DNA from: Epiperipatus broadwayi
Lineage: Eukaryota; Animalia; Onychophora
Assembly: GCA_028023455.1 (NCBI GenBank)
Contig: JAQFVV010000001.1
Span: 7,254,001 to 7,318,000 of the forward strand
DNA length: 64,000 nt
Direction: 5' to 3'
The number at the start of each line of letters is the position of its first letter. The first letter of the stretch is position 1. The notes beneath the pieces were generated by a model. The model saw nothing but the letters and a program-made list of their open reading frames with translations. It had not been told where the DNA came from and did not search any database. This document shows, in pieces, positions 1 through 12,960 of this stretch. Position numbers and translations under genes: made by a program.

Positions 1-705
1 GTTTTAGCATTTTCAGTTTGATGTTAATTTTATGTAGCACATGTTATTCAATGCTTATATTAAAAAAAGCTTTACTTTTCATGATCTTGGCTTGAATTTT
101 AATTGTGTTAAACTCAATAAAAACAAAAGTTACAATCAGACACAGAATTTTTTGCAAGTAGATGGCTATTACCCAGCTAATCATATAATATTAGGTATCT
201 ATTTATTCTTATCTAGAAGATAAAACAAGGATGGATAACCATTCAAAATTTCAGCACCTAAAAAGTGCCAATCTTAATAAGTACAATTTATCTATGAAAG
301 GCTTTTGGAACAAACTTTGCACTCAGCAACTTAAAGCCTATTTAATATTTAACACTATTTGTGTAAATTGTATTTGATATTTTTTAAAATACAAAAGTAA
401 ACTTATTTGTCACTTATATTTTATAAATTTTATTTATCAGTATTGTTATTATTAGCTATGTTCCCTTATAACATTAAAGCATTTGATAGAAGTAATTTAA
501 CAATGATGATGATGATAATCTATATGTAATGATATTGCAATAGTATAGGTTTTGAGGATATATTTTTCTCATTTTACTTTGAATCACTTGAAATGGTACA
601 TGTTAATCTAACAGTTTGATATTTAATTTACTTTTATGACAAAATTTTTGAAATACTAGAATGAATATTCATAACAATATGAATTGCATTGTGGAGTTTA
701 TCTTA

Positions 706-930
706 GTAGTAAAATGATAAATTTAAGTTCTAACAGTTTCTTGATCAAACATCAATCTATTACTTTTAATATTTGATACATCAAACAACTAATCACTGAT
801 TTTTATCCTGTGTGGTTTAATGCAGGTGGTAAAATGATGAATTTAAAATCTAAAAATTCCTGGATCAAAGATTAATCTATCACTATGGATGCAAACACTT
901 GACTTCAAGCAACAAATCACTGACTTATAA
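706..930. repeat. Degenerate tandem duplication, ~120-bp period
   Basis: gtagtaaaatgataaatttaag...aatcactgattt (706-805) recurs as gtggtaaaatgatgaatttaaa...aatcactgactt (826-930). Confidence 0.6.
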
Positions 931-1084
931 ATGAAAAAAATATATATTTGTGTATTATTGAAGTATTATTAAAAGTTGTAATTTTTAGTGTTTATTTATT
1001 ATATTAATAATTTTACTAATATTTATCTTAACTGAATTAAATTTGTAATAATTTTAGGTTTTTATTTTTATTTTCTATTCACTA

Positions 1085-2405
1085 ACAATAAAAACAATAA
1101 CTCCACTGACATTCCTACTCTACCACGTGGAGACTTCCCCTCTTATCATCACCTTCCATGGCATTCCTCCACAATGTTTTTTCTGTCAGCAGAGGAGCAC
1201 TTGGTGAGGGATTGCCCATCTAGAAGCTGTCATAATTGTTAAAGAATCAAAACCAGAATGCATCACTGTAACTCAGATTCGATGGTACCAGCCACGAATA
1301 TATACATTACTAAGTCTGAACTTGTGGAATCTGAAGCAATGAAGAATACCACCTACCCTCAATTGACTTCCATCAATGATGAGATGTCTAACCCTTTGCT
1401 ATCCCATGCTCACTCAACAAGTACATTAAATGAGTCATTTGGCTCAGCGTCTTCTGCTATGGAAGAGGCTCCTCAAATGCCTCAATCTATGAAAAGGAAG
1501 GCAAAAAAATTCCCAACAAACAAAATGGCCACAGTATTAGCTCTTCAGATACTGAATGCCCTGTCCCCCACTTACCACCGAAAAAACATAGGCCTGATTC
1601 TAAGGTAGATGGTCAGGGACCCAATTGTGACTCGTCCAATAAAGAGTCTGCTAAACCGATTCTATCCCCTGAATGTAATAATGATAATAACTTCCAGCTA
1701 CCTTTGGACTCTAATGTAACAAATGCAAAACTGACATCCATGGATGGTTTGCCTTCCAAGGCCTCAGAAGGGAAGGGCTCTGATCATCCTATAGACTCTA
1801 AAGCAGCAAGTGCTAGAATATGTCTCCTGTTGATGGCTTGTGATCCAGAATATCAAAGGAGAAAGCTTGTATCCATCCTCCTAGTAGAGTAATTGCTGAG
1901 TTTGTGAAGGCAAATCCATTAAAGACTCATTCCTTTATCCTGAAAATTTTCACCAGCTGTTCAATGAAAACAGGTTGTAATGTTTCTGTTGAATTAACAG
2001 CACGTAAAGCTGAGAGTATTGGGGATGTATATCCAGGGTCTCAATTCCCTAAATCTTCTATTCTAGAAACAATGACAAACTGGCTAGCATGCATGCCTTT
2101 GGGATTGATTATTTTTGTCTCTCTCCTCAAGCCCATTCCTCAGACGCTGGGTATTATGACCTTTGAATTCATGCTGCAGGGTCTGATTTAAGTATGTAAT
2201 TCTGTGTTTTTTTCATGAGCAGAACTTTGGTGTTATCTTTATACATTTCAAGTCATGCAAGCATAGTCACCAATCTCCAAAATATCAAAGCCTGGGCCCT
2301 TTCCCTTGGCTTCTACGAACCTTTTAATCCTTTTAGATTGTGCAGAGCAGGATGCTTCATCATTAAACTTTTCCTTTTCTTAAATACCATTTAATGTATC
2401 CCATC
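1085..2405. pseudogene. GC-richer decayed coding-like island of unknown origin
   Basis: Sharp compositional step; + strand frames can be stitched into S/P/K-rich protein (SSSDTECPVPHLPPKKHRPDSK) followed by LLLMACDPEYQRRKLVSILL; stops and frameshifts present; no family recognised. Confidence 0.3.
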
Positions 2406-3477
2406 AATAATTTGATCATATAAATTGTATCCAAATTTCAGAATAAAATTTTCTATATTTTTATAAAAACAAAACAATAACACAACACACTTAAAATAAC
2501 AATTCTATACTATACAGATTATTTGCTTAATTATTTTTTTTATATTTTTATATAGATATCTGGATGAATCATCTGTTATAGGTCATTAGTTTAATAATCT
2601 AGTACATTAAATATATAAAATGCAAAATGACTAATTTGCTATGTAATGCTGCAAATTTATATATACTACACGTAATTAAAAAGCGCACGCACATACTCAC
2701 AAGAAAAATTGTTCTAGACTGGAAATCACAATTTTTCAAGGATGTGCATATCCTTTAAAACATTAAAAATATACTGTTATAAAATATGAACAAATTAATT
2801 TGCAAAATATAATCACACTCTAGAAATCTGTTTTTTAAAACTAGGAAAACACTGATGACATATTTTTGTCAAATATTCACCCCATCCTTTCCCACTTTTC
2901 TTTTTTAAGTTTGTTAAGTTTTTAAAAAATAACTTCATGTGTAAATTTTAAGTAACTTATTTTTAGCTTTATATTACAAGTTAGAAGTCGATTTTATAAT
3001 TGTAGTTTAGATTTTATAATTCGTCTTTTTCAAATATTTTTACATTAATTTGATACTTAGTCAAATCGGTTTTTGGTAAGACATTAGCATGTAAGAACAA
3101 TAACAATATAGTTTTTGATAGCACATCTGCCAATAATATTGTAACCTGAAGTTTTAATTTTTAAATTATTCCTGGTTCTAAAAAATAAGCTTAGAATTTT
3201 TTTATTAGCGCATTCATCTAGATATTCCAAATTGCTCAATAGAAGATATTTATCTATTTTTAATAGGGGGTAAATCAAGGATGAAAAAACACCAAACTAA
3301 AATCCTTTTCATCTGACATTTGAGGAGTTCGATAATGATTTTTTCACTACGTTTTGGAGAGCTTTTGCTATTGGAAAGATCTTTGCCCAGAAATAGTTAT
3401 TTATGAAGTGTTTTACTTTATCTTATATTTTCTACTTGGAAGATATTTTACAAAAATGAAAATTATTTATGTAATAT

Positions 3478-3814
3478 TATAAATATAGGAGATTTCAACA
3501 CAGACTTTCAAGCACCCTTCATATATCCACCCTATCTCATACCACTGATACACATGACCACCCACATGTAGAAAAGATAGTCACCAATATTGGTATTTCA
3601 TGCTGAACCAGCACTCACCAGTGTCCAGATTATCATGTCACACATACATATATATAATCTGGACCAATTGATGAGTGATGGTTGAGCACAAAATATGTAT
3701 ATTGGTGATTATTTATCATTTCTACATGTATGTAATCATATGCATCAGTGGTATGAAATAGTGTGGATAGATGAAGGGTGCTTGAAGTCTGTGTTCAAAT
3801 CCCCTATATTTACA
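3478..3814. mobile_element. Family 2 fold-back element, copy 1 (both arms carry mutated hammerheads)
   Basis: Left aaatataggagatttcaacacagactttcaagcaccc vs right gggtgcttgaagtctgtgttcaaatcccctatattt; arms ~165 bp; HHR-like motifs at 3583-3626 (-) and 3663-3706 (+). Confidence 0.85.
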
Positions 3815-5904
3815 ATTAAGCTCCAGGTATAAGAAGAATGCCTGTATTTTAAATATTACATAATATTATGTTTATAATAAGTTTAGAATAAGAATGCTTT
3901 ACTTTTACAAATCTTAATAGAATAAATTATTAGTTATGTAAAACTGTAGATTTGAAATTAAGTTTAAAAATCAAAGATAAATTTTACCAGTTTAAGATCA
4001 TGTCAAAATTGAAAAAAATTGCATAAGAGTTCATAAAAAAAGTAGTATTGTAAAAAAGTTAATATTGTACATACTATTTACAACTTCAATGAATATTATT
4101 CAAACAAGTATATATTCACAGCGTCTGATATGTTTGATTTGATTGGGAAATATTCACCTAGAGATATTACTGACTGCCATATTTTTTGATGTCTGTATTG
4201 AACACAGGTTTAAATACCAATGACTACAAAAAATTAATTAATACTATTTTCCAGATTGATTATGGATTAAAAATCCATTTTAATTACAACATAATCTATT
4301 AATCTTAAAATGTTATATACAGAATAAACTTTTGTACAATAAAAATTTCATGCATCATCTTTCTTATTTCCATTGCAGTATATAAAAATGACATTTCAGG
4401 AGTGATAATATTATTCAATTTTTTAAAACATTAAAAAGTTTTAAGATATCTTTAAAGATTATGGGATAAAGGTGTCTTGGTCTTAATCTTTTAATAATAA
4501 ATAATATTTATGGAAACAATGTTTAAAAACAAACAAACAAAAAAAAAACATAACTAATTGTAATTAATATTGATGAGTTAAATTAGTCACAAGAACATTA
4601 TAAATATTTAGTCTACATTTCCTAGTTTCTATATATTATAAGTATATGTACAATTTTTCTTCCAGAAAATTTTTGCTACTATATTCCTAAATTCGTTTTT
4701 AAAGTATTTCAGCAATATATTATTTTAATCTGATAATCAAGGAATCTATTCAGCATGGGATAGTATAACAGAGTTGTTTATAGGCCTTAATAGATTATCC
4801 AATTTATGAATTGTTGCTGACTCAAAGGCTTTTAACAAAACTGAATAAAACTTCAAACTATGACTTATTGAAAGTTTTCTGAATCATTTTTATCCAAGAA
4901 TATATGTGGTGACAAAGCAATGATGATAAGCAGAGTGGTAAAATCTTTTCATTTACTAAATTTTGAAATCTTAGACAGGCCTAATATTGGGAAAGAGCAG
5001 AATTAGAAGACAAAAAAGCATGTAATAATAATGAGGCAGAAACATCTGCATCAGACAAAAAAAAATTGAAAGATATTAAGAAAATTAATTTGTTTATTTT
5101 AAGCATATATTTTTGTGAAGAGATGAGATATTAGAAATAACATATATCATACAGTTAATGCATTTATATCAGAGAAAAGAACTATTAGTAAATTAATTTC
5201 AGGTTTACATATATTTGTAAATTGAAAATGACATTTTAAAAAGAGCAAGCATTTGCAGAATAATAAGACAAAAGAGTTTAAGAATTATAACTTATAACTA
5301 ATGTTTTGAGAGAGGAAATAATAAATGTGACTGAAATCTTCCAACTGTAAGGAAGATCTTTCTTTGAGCACCATATAATATTGATTACATATCACTTAGA
5401 TTCATGTAAAATATAAGAAAAAAATATTACAAAATTTATTAAAATTTTAATATTTATATGTTATATTGTTTCTTTTTTGTGGTAGTTTTTTTTATTAATT
5501 AACAATGGCAAAACTATGTGTTGAATGAAAACCAAATGCTATTGATTCAACTAACTTTTTGCATGATGTATAAATCATTGAAATGATTTAAAAGGTAACT
5601 AATATTATGTATGTAATCTTTATCACTGATCCCTCAAATATTCTTAAATAGATACCTCCAAATTAGTCATCACAAATTAATTCTCTTTTATATTCATTTT
5701 CACATTCTTAAATGAATTTCATTTATTGATGTTTATCATATTCACTGATATTTCATATTCTGATAGCTATTTTATATATGAAAATTGAACTTTTTTAAAA
5801 AAATCATTATTTAAATATTGTTAAAATAATAAATATTTAAGAATTAAGTTCATCATATATCACTTTCTACCATAATTATCAATAATATTCTCCAAAAATC
5901 TGAC

Positions 5905-5979
5905 AGAAGTTAGCATTAAACATCACATGATCACTATCTACTACATGGAGAGTTTTGCCTTGTTTAGAAGTTAGCATTA
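5905..5979. mobile_element. Family 1 micro-insertion (47 bp) with perfect 14-bp TSD
   Basis: TSD agaagttagcatta at 5905-5918 and 5966-5979; insert is two family 1 pieces in opposite orientation (aacatcacatgatcactat / atggagagttttgccttgttt). Confidence 0.85.
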
Positions 5980-6083
5980 TCAAGATTATCTAGGAATAAA
6001 TCCTATGAGATTACGTTTGCACACCCCCAAGTTTCCAGATTTGTCACTACTGTAAAAATGATGTGATTTATCAAATTTTAATT

Positions 6084-6528
6084 AATATAAGAGATTTGAA
6101 CACAGACTTTCAAGCTCCCTTCAGTCATCCACTCTTTCTCATACAACTGATACACATGAGCACACACATGTGAAAAAGATAAATGATTTCCAATATATGT
6201 ATTTCATGCTGAACTAGCATTCATTAGTTGGAACAGACATCATCTTCAATATATATATATAATCAGTGCTCGGTTTATATAAAGGTAGCAAATTTTCACA
6301 ATTAATGGACAGGTTTTAAACTACACCACCCTCCAACTCTTCAGCTCTCCATACCATTGAAAATCATTTATTGAGATCATTTATTTTTTTCACATGGGTG
6401 TGGCCATGTGTATTGGTTGTATGAGATAGAGCGAATGGCTGAAGTGAGCTTGAAAGTCTTTGTTCAAATTCCTTATAGAACATTGAGACTTCAGTTATCT
6501 AAAAATATACTTGCATTTAAAATATTAC
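6084..6528. mobile_element. Family 2 fold-back element, copy 2
   Basis: aatataagagatttgaacacagactttcaagc ... gcttgaaagtctttgttcaaattccttata; long left arm, short right arm; HHR at 6189-6232 (-) with G5A core change. Confidence 0.8.
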
Positions 6529-6970
6529 AAATTTTAATTAGCATATTTTCCATCCCAATTTAAGGTTAAGTGGTGGCTTAGTGTTTTACAGATTTACTTT
6601 CATTTCTATTTTATTATAATTTTCCAGACACAAGTAGAAAGATATATACTCTGATATCTGTGCAATGGTTTTTTTTTCATAATGTAATTTTCCTTTTTTT
6701 ATTTTTATTTTCTGGGTTAATATTTTCAAGAAGTATTTTTGCTCTTTATATTCACTGAAAGAAAATGCATACCATACTTTATGCTATGGATATACTTTAA
6801 ATCATTGAAGTGTTTTAAATTAATACACTGTACAGGCTTACACACACCTGCACATTTATAATATAATATATAAGGGATTCGAACTTAGACTTTCACACAA
6901 CCCTCAGCTCTCCATACCATTAACATTGCTGACCCATCTGATCACACACATGTTGAAAAGATAAATAATC

Positions 6971-7015
6971 TCTAATATACATATTTCATGCTCAATCAGC
7001 AATCATCAGTTGTCC
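6971..7015 (-). ncRNA. Type I hammerhead ribozyme motif (family 2), core intact, weak helix I
   Basis: Minus strand: ggacaa CTGATGA ttgc tgattga gcat GAAA tatgta TA ttaga. Confidence 0.6.
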
Positions 7016-7218
7016 AGATTACTATCTCCACATATAGATACAATCAGTGCTTAGCTTTATATTAAGATAGCCAATCTTCATACATTAATGAACAGGTTTC
7101 AAACTACTCCAATCCATAATCTCTTCAGCCACCCACTTTATTTAAAAATCTGATGATGGAACATTCAAAGCATAAAGCTGAGCACTGATTGTATATATGT
7201 GTGGAGATAGTAATCTGG

Positions 7219-7262
7219 ACCAACTGATGATTGCTTGTTTAGCATGAAATATGTGTATTGTG
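7219..7262 (+). ncRNA. Type I hammerhead ribozyme motif (family 2), core intact
   Basis: accaa CTGATGA ttgc ttgttta gcat GAAA tatgtg TA ttgtg. Confidence 0.65.
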
Positions 7263-8120
7263 ATTATTTATCTTTTCAATGTGTGTATGATCAGGTGGGG
7301 CAGCAATATGAGATGGCATGGAAGTTGAGAGTCATATGAAAGTCTGAGTTCGAATCCCTTATATATTACATTATATATGCACAGTGTATTAATTTACATA
7401 TTAAAACATAGTACGTTAAAGACCTACCCATCTCTCGCATATGTACGTAAATGGATTACTCTCCAGAACATGAGGGGTGAGAATGACTAAATGGTCAACA
7501 TGGATAGGATGACAACCTTGGCACTAACGTGGGCTTTGAAGTGTTTTAAATAATCTGCAAATTTGGCTCAGTAATGTATATTAGTTATTAATTAATTCCA
7601 ATTATAGTTTTTTTATAATGTTAAAAATGATGAAGGATGACAAAAGATGTAAAATCCTCTTCCACTATTTTGTAGTAAAATCGTAGTTAACACGTTTTGC
7701 TTTACCAAAAGCAACAATAATAGATCAGAGATTTTAGACAAAACACATTAAGTGATTCTTCCTCAATAGGTTTACTATTACAATTTATGTTACTTAAACA
7801 TTTATAAAATGTACTTTTGAATAAATGATTTGATAGCAAACTTTATGAATGTTTTCATTTTTTTTTGTCATCTTTTAATTTCTATTTTCTAACATCAGGA
7901 ATTATGAGAAGGTGGTCAAAATGAGAAAATTTAATTATTAATTGCAAAAATGTTAAATATTTTCCAAATATAGTTCAATATTTAATGTATTAAATAACTG
8001 TTGAAGTTCATTTTAGTTTTCAAGGTTTCAATAACACAGTTATATATATATACCATTGATTTGAATATGTTTGATATTTTCTATTGCAATGCTCTCTTTG
8101 ATATTAGTAGCCTAACATAA

Positions 8121-8234
8121 TTTTTTTTTTTTTCATATGTCATAGCATCGGCCAGGACGCGAACCCACAACCATCTGCAACCAACTACTTGCTTGCATGG
8201 TGTCTGCGATACCTCTCAGCTAACAACGCAAGAC
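8121..8234 (-). mobile_element. tRNA-derived SINE with A-tail and TSD
   Basis: Minus strand gcgttgttagctgagagg (A box) ... gggttcgcgtcc (B box) ... poly-A; TSD tagcctaac(a/t)taa at 8108-8120 and 8235-8247; homologous to 21116-21222. Confidence 0.8.
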
Positions 8235-9599
8235 TAGCCTAACTTAATTTTGTGATGTTTTACATATTTCATGCAAATTGATCATTTAGTAGTGTGCATG
8301 AAGAGAGAAAGGGATTTTTCTACTGGATATACATTATGCAGCTGCAGAAAAAAGTTTGCAAACTGAAAGAAGACTTTGATTACTTTTTGAAGCTTTCAAA
8401 GATCTGAACAGAGCAATTTCTTCATGTCCATTATATATATATATATATATATATTCTTCATGCTACATTATATATATATATATATATATATTGTTGTAGC
8501 ATTATTACTATATGGTTATTTATATAATATTCAAATATGGATGAGCTGTTCATCAACATGCATTAGCCAGCAGGATGAGTTTATTGGCTTTTTATCTCTG
8601 AGTTTAAAATCAAGAAACACCACAATTTTTTTTTTGGTTGCCTAATCAGTTGAGTTTCCATAAAGGTAGAATGAATATGCATGTGAATGATCTCTTTCTC
8701 TCTTTTTAAAAGAAATTTACAATCATAAAAGACAAAACTTAATTATGGCTCTTTTTCCAGAAGGCTATAAATTCATCAGCCAAGGCAGCAGTTACTAGTG
8801 AAAAGCAATGTATGTGTTAGGAATCCCCTGTTTGTGGACTCAGGCTGCCATTCAATGACAATTTTATATTTAGGTGTTTACAACTTCAGGTCATTACTCT
8901 TAAAGTCCAAGATGCCATTTTTAATTTTAAAAAAAATTACAATAAATATAATTTATGATATATCTTTTATTTTATTACAGTAAATATAAATATGTATACA
9001 TTGTTAGAAAGAACAAATATGAAAAATGTAATAAAGCTGATAAAATAGTTATTACCTAAAAAAAATATAAAAAAAGATTTTTAATACTTTTCAAAACATA
9101 TTTTTAAATTGGTTCACAAATTCTAAATTTTAAAAGTTATATGTTAAAATGACATTTTCATAGACAGCTTCATCTCATTTGTCATAAAGTGCTGAAAAAA
9201 AAGATATATAATATGACCTACCTGAGACAGATTTTCATGATAAAATGTGGAAAAAAGGAGACAATTAAAACTTTCACTTTTACTAGCAGACTTAGATCTT
9301 GCCCTTCCATGCAGGAGATCTGTTAGAAATGTTTGATTTTAGTGAGGGCAAAAAAAGAATAACAGTAAGAACAGTGCATGAGATATTATGCAAAGAGAAC
9401 TTTAGTAAATTGTAATTTATGAAAAAATATAATGAACAATAAAATAAATTTTTTTATTATGAGCATTGATTGTAATGTACGAGAGTGGGTGACTGAGGGT
9501 GCTTGAAAGTCTGTGTTCCAGAGATTATTACAAAATTGTAACGAATACAACACTACTGCAATCATGCAATAATTGAGTGAGCATATAAATAATCATATA

Positions 9600-9958
9600 A
9601 ATAAAATCATAATATATCTTGCCTATTGCACTAAATATTTAGGTATATGAATAAGTCTGGATGTGTATGTTTTATATCATAGAAATGTAAATTGCCTAAA
9701 ATTCTATAGCATATTTATTGTTTCTACACATATTTAATTATATAAAAAAATAAGTAATAAAAATAGGTAATAAAACTAATAGAATACTCAAATAAAATCA
9801 TAATATATCTTGTCTATTGCACAATATTTAGGTATATGAATGAGTCTGGATGTGTATATTTTTATATCATTGAAATTGTAAATTCTTTAGCATACTTATT
9901 GTTTTCTACATATATTTAATTGTATAATAAAATAAGTAATAAAACTAATTGAATATTC
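9600..9958. repeat. Tandem duplication, ~190-bp period
   Basis: aataaaatcataatatatcttg(c/t)ctattgcac...gaata(c/t)tca present twice (from 9600 and 9791). Confidence 0.85.
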
Positions 9959-11391
9959 ATTTATTCCTGGCTAAATGTTATTGGCCACTTCAAATTTGAT
10001 TCCAGTCATGAAGGCATTAGGTATGGTTACCATGGTTGTCCTTGCAGATAAAAAATGACCCCAATCCTAAATCTGAACTGTCATGAAAAAGAGATTCTAG
10101 AAAAAAAAGGTTTACAAACCTCCATCAGCAATTTCATATCCATAACAAGCAGTAAGAGAATGCAATTCAGCCATAAAAAAGCTTTACGGTTAGTAAATCT
10201 AAAAAAAATGAGAAAAAAAAAATTTAAATTGTATTTTAAAAAAAAATCATAAAAAATTTCAAATTTCATTGTAGAAAAAAATACATATATCTTTTTAATC
10301 ATAATAAAATGGTGGAATGAATGGTCTAAAGCCCATATGTGTATGATTTATCAATTTTGTGCAAACTCAATTGAAACTCTAAACTTCTGAACAGGGGTTC
10401 TTAGGGAGGTTGTGGACAAAAAAAGTTAAAGTAAAGGAAGATTGCATGAACTAAAAGAACTAATTAATATTAATGGAATATTGTTGGACTTTGTGATGTT
10501 AGAAACAAAAGTGAAGAAATGTATTAAAAAGTGGACATATATTTTACTAAAAAGGCACAATTATTGAAAGCACAAGTGGAATGGAATTAATTATAAATTA
10601 AAAAAATGGATGAAAAACATTGCAACGATTAATGGTATATCAGACAGAATGGCAAGATTAGTTATTCAACTCAATGGAAGACAACAAATGCAGGTAATTC
10701 AAGTTTAAGCCTCCAAAATAGATGATTTTTTTTGGGTTGTACAAACTGCTTTTGATCAGATCAAACGGCATTTTAAAATTGGTATGGTATATTTTTATGC
10801 TAGAATTGGAAACTGATTCAAAGATGAGAATACTGTATGTAAATTTGGTTATAGTGATAGAAATGAAGGAGGACAAAGACTTGTGGAGTTTGAAGAAAAA
10901 GTAAATATTATAAACTGAAAAAAAAAAAAGCTAAATGGTATAATGATCATGTAAGTATCTAATTGAAGATACAGCAGAATTGGATTATAATTTGATTAAC
11001 AGAAAATGTGTATTTTAAAAGTGTAATGTTCTTAATAGATTAAATAAAGGAAATGAGATGATAAATGGTAATGTTTTAGAGAGATGAAAACTATTAATCT
11101 TCAAAAATACTGCCATGAATTTAAATTAAAACTTGCAAATTGTTTTAAAATATTAATAGACTTCAAAGACAATGCAAATATGATTATAATCAGCAAGTAA
11201 ATAATTGCAAGAAAGTAGCTGATGGAAAAAAGGAGCTATTTACCAGTAAATTTTTTATTGAGACAGGAAAGTGTATGAAGAAAAAAAAAAGAAATGAAAA
11301 TTTTTGAAAATGGTGAATTAAGAACAAAAGAATATCTAGAGTTTTGTATGATGGTATAAAAAGAATTAATAGTGATTTAAGAAGATATAGT

Positions 11392-11833
11392 AGTAGAAAC
11401 TGATTTGAGGTTGGGGTATTCTACAAAGATTGTTAAGAGTTTGTTTTGCGAGCTCTATATATAACATTTGTAAACACAAGCTTATTAAATTAAGTCATGT
11501 GACATCTGACTTGATTTTTTCGTAATTTTATATTTTGCTATGATAGCTTTGGTGATTTTATATTGCTAAAGCTATTAATATATGGTGCATCTGAACTTAG
11601 TTCAGTCCCATATGGCTATTTAAGTTAGATAGCTGAATTGGAAGACATATGTATGTCTGAAAATTTCAGAGTTTGTACTTAGATATAGTGCTAGGCTTGT
11701 CCTGGTATTTTAATCTAATGATTGAATATCCTAGCACCTCACTGAGGATGCCAGTAGCAGAAACTGGTCTGAGGTTGGGGGTATTCTACAAAGCTTGTTA
11801 AGAGTTTGTTTTGCGAGCTCTATATATAATATG
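11392..11833 (+). mobile_element. Family 1-related retrozyme-like element (diverged subfamily), ~362-nt period with ~75-bp terminal redundancy and 12-bp TSD
   Basis: TSD agaagatatagt at 11380-11391 and 11834-11845; direct repeat agtag(t/c)agaaactg...gagctctatatataa at 11392 and 11754. Confidence 0.85.
11736..11775 (+). ncRNA. Type I hammerhead ribozyme, canonical core
   Basis: acctca CTGAGGA tgc cagta gca GAAA c tg g TC tgaggt: 6-bp helix I, 3-bp helix II, minimal helix III, GUC cleavage triplet. Confidence 0.85.
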
Positions 11834-12960
11834 AGAAGATATAGTTATGAATTGGAAAGAAAGCTATAGAAGAGAATAAAAGTCTCAAAAACATAAAACC
11901 ACATCTTGGTATTGATAGAAAACTTATTTCTGTAATAATAAGAAAAAATGGAACTATTACTAAAAAGAGAGATGACATCATGGAATATAAGAGTTCTATA
12001 AATAATTATATAACAATAAATAAAAAATAAGAAAAGCATTTTAAATGAAAAAGAGAATCACACAATGAAATTTATGATGAAGGGGAAATCTTCAGGAAAT
12101 AATATAATTATAATTGATATTTTAAAAGAAGGAAATAAAGAAATAGAAAAAATGTTGATAAAATTATATACTGAATATCTAAATGGAAAAAAATGTACTA
12201 AATGATTGAAAGAGTATAATAGTCATATTGACATTTAAGAAAGGTAATAAGAAATATATTAGAAATTACAGATCTTCAGTCTTCTATTCTATGCAAAATA
12301 TTTATTAAGATAATTACAGCTCGTTTGCAGCAAACTTTGGATATATTTCTATGCCATTGAATGATTGAACTATTTAAATGTTGAATTGTCTCCTTAAAAC
12401 CCTGAGGATTCATGCCACATCACAAGTTTGATTGTATGTGTTTATGACTATCTTTTTATGCCATTTGATTGCAAATGTTTTTGAATATCTTCTTATGCCA
12501 TTGAACATTTAAATGTTGACTGATCATTAGAACCCCTTACTACAATATCGCATGTTTGAATGCATAGCACATTATGATAGACAAAATACAAGTACTATAA
12601 AATCATATGCATTCTTTTATATAAATAAGGTATTGCTTTATAAATTAAATATATTACTAGCATATTTAACTTATACACATCATCATTTCTTATAAATGAA
12701 GCAAATTATGTATTGTATCAAGCTTCTTTTTTCAACATCATTTTAAAAACTTTCTTATCTTATTTACAGAATATTTTCTTAAAATATTTTGGAATACATT
12801 TTAGAACTTCCATTTATTCTTTTATTGCCATCATATCTGAAAGTATTTGATTTACATTTCTAGTTCAGTTTTTCCATACTTTAAATAATGATAGTTGTAT
12901 CTCTTGTTCTTGCAACCATGTATTTCATTTTCTATCATTTTTTTTGTAATTTCAATGCCT

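Larger units (their letters stand above)
6862..7375. mobile_element. Family 2 fold-back element, copy 3
   Basis: tataagggattcgaacttagactttc ... gaaagtctgagttcgaatcccttata; HHR cores intact in both arms. Confidence 0.85.
10330..12345 (+). mobile_element. Decayed RTE-clade LINE (AP endonuclease plus start of RT), interrupted by a family 1 insertion
   Basis: Translated remnants ARLVIQLNGRQQMQVIQV*A, KFGYSDRNEGGQRLVEF, KAIEENKSLK, MKGKSSGN..IDILKEG, KKGNKKYIRNYR..KIITARLQQTLD match the RTE EN/RT motif order. Confidence 0.85.

Noticed and set aside
6146-6195. Apparent antisense hammerhead in family 2 (CTGATAC acatg..catgt GAAA), which would imply ambisense ribozymes
   Set aside because: G8 and A9 are absent in every copy, two copies read CCGATAC, and no helix I/III can be formed; it is just a small hairpin
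6365-6385. Short arms of family 2 starting exactly at the ribozyme cleavage site
   Set aside because: Roughly true for copies 2 and 4 but copies 1, 3 and 6 extend upstream of it; too few cases
12385-12440. CTGAGGA at ~12403 as another hammerhead
   Set aside because: No downstream helix II-GAAA-NUH arrangement
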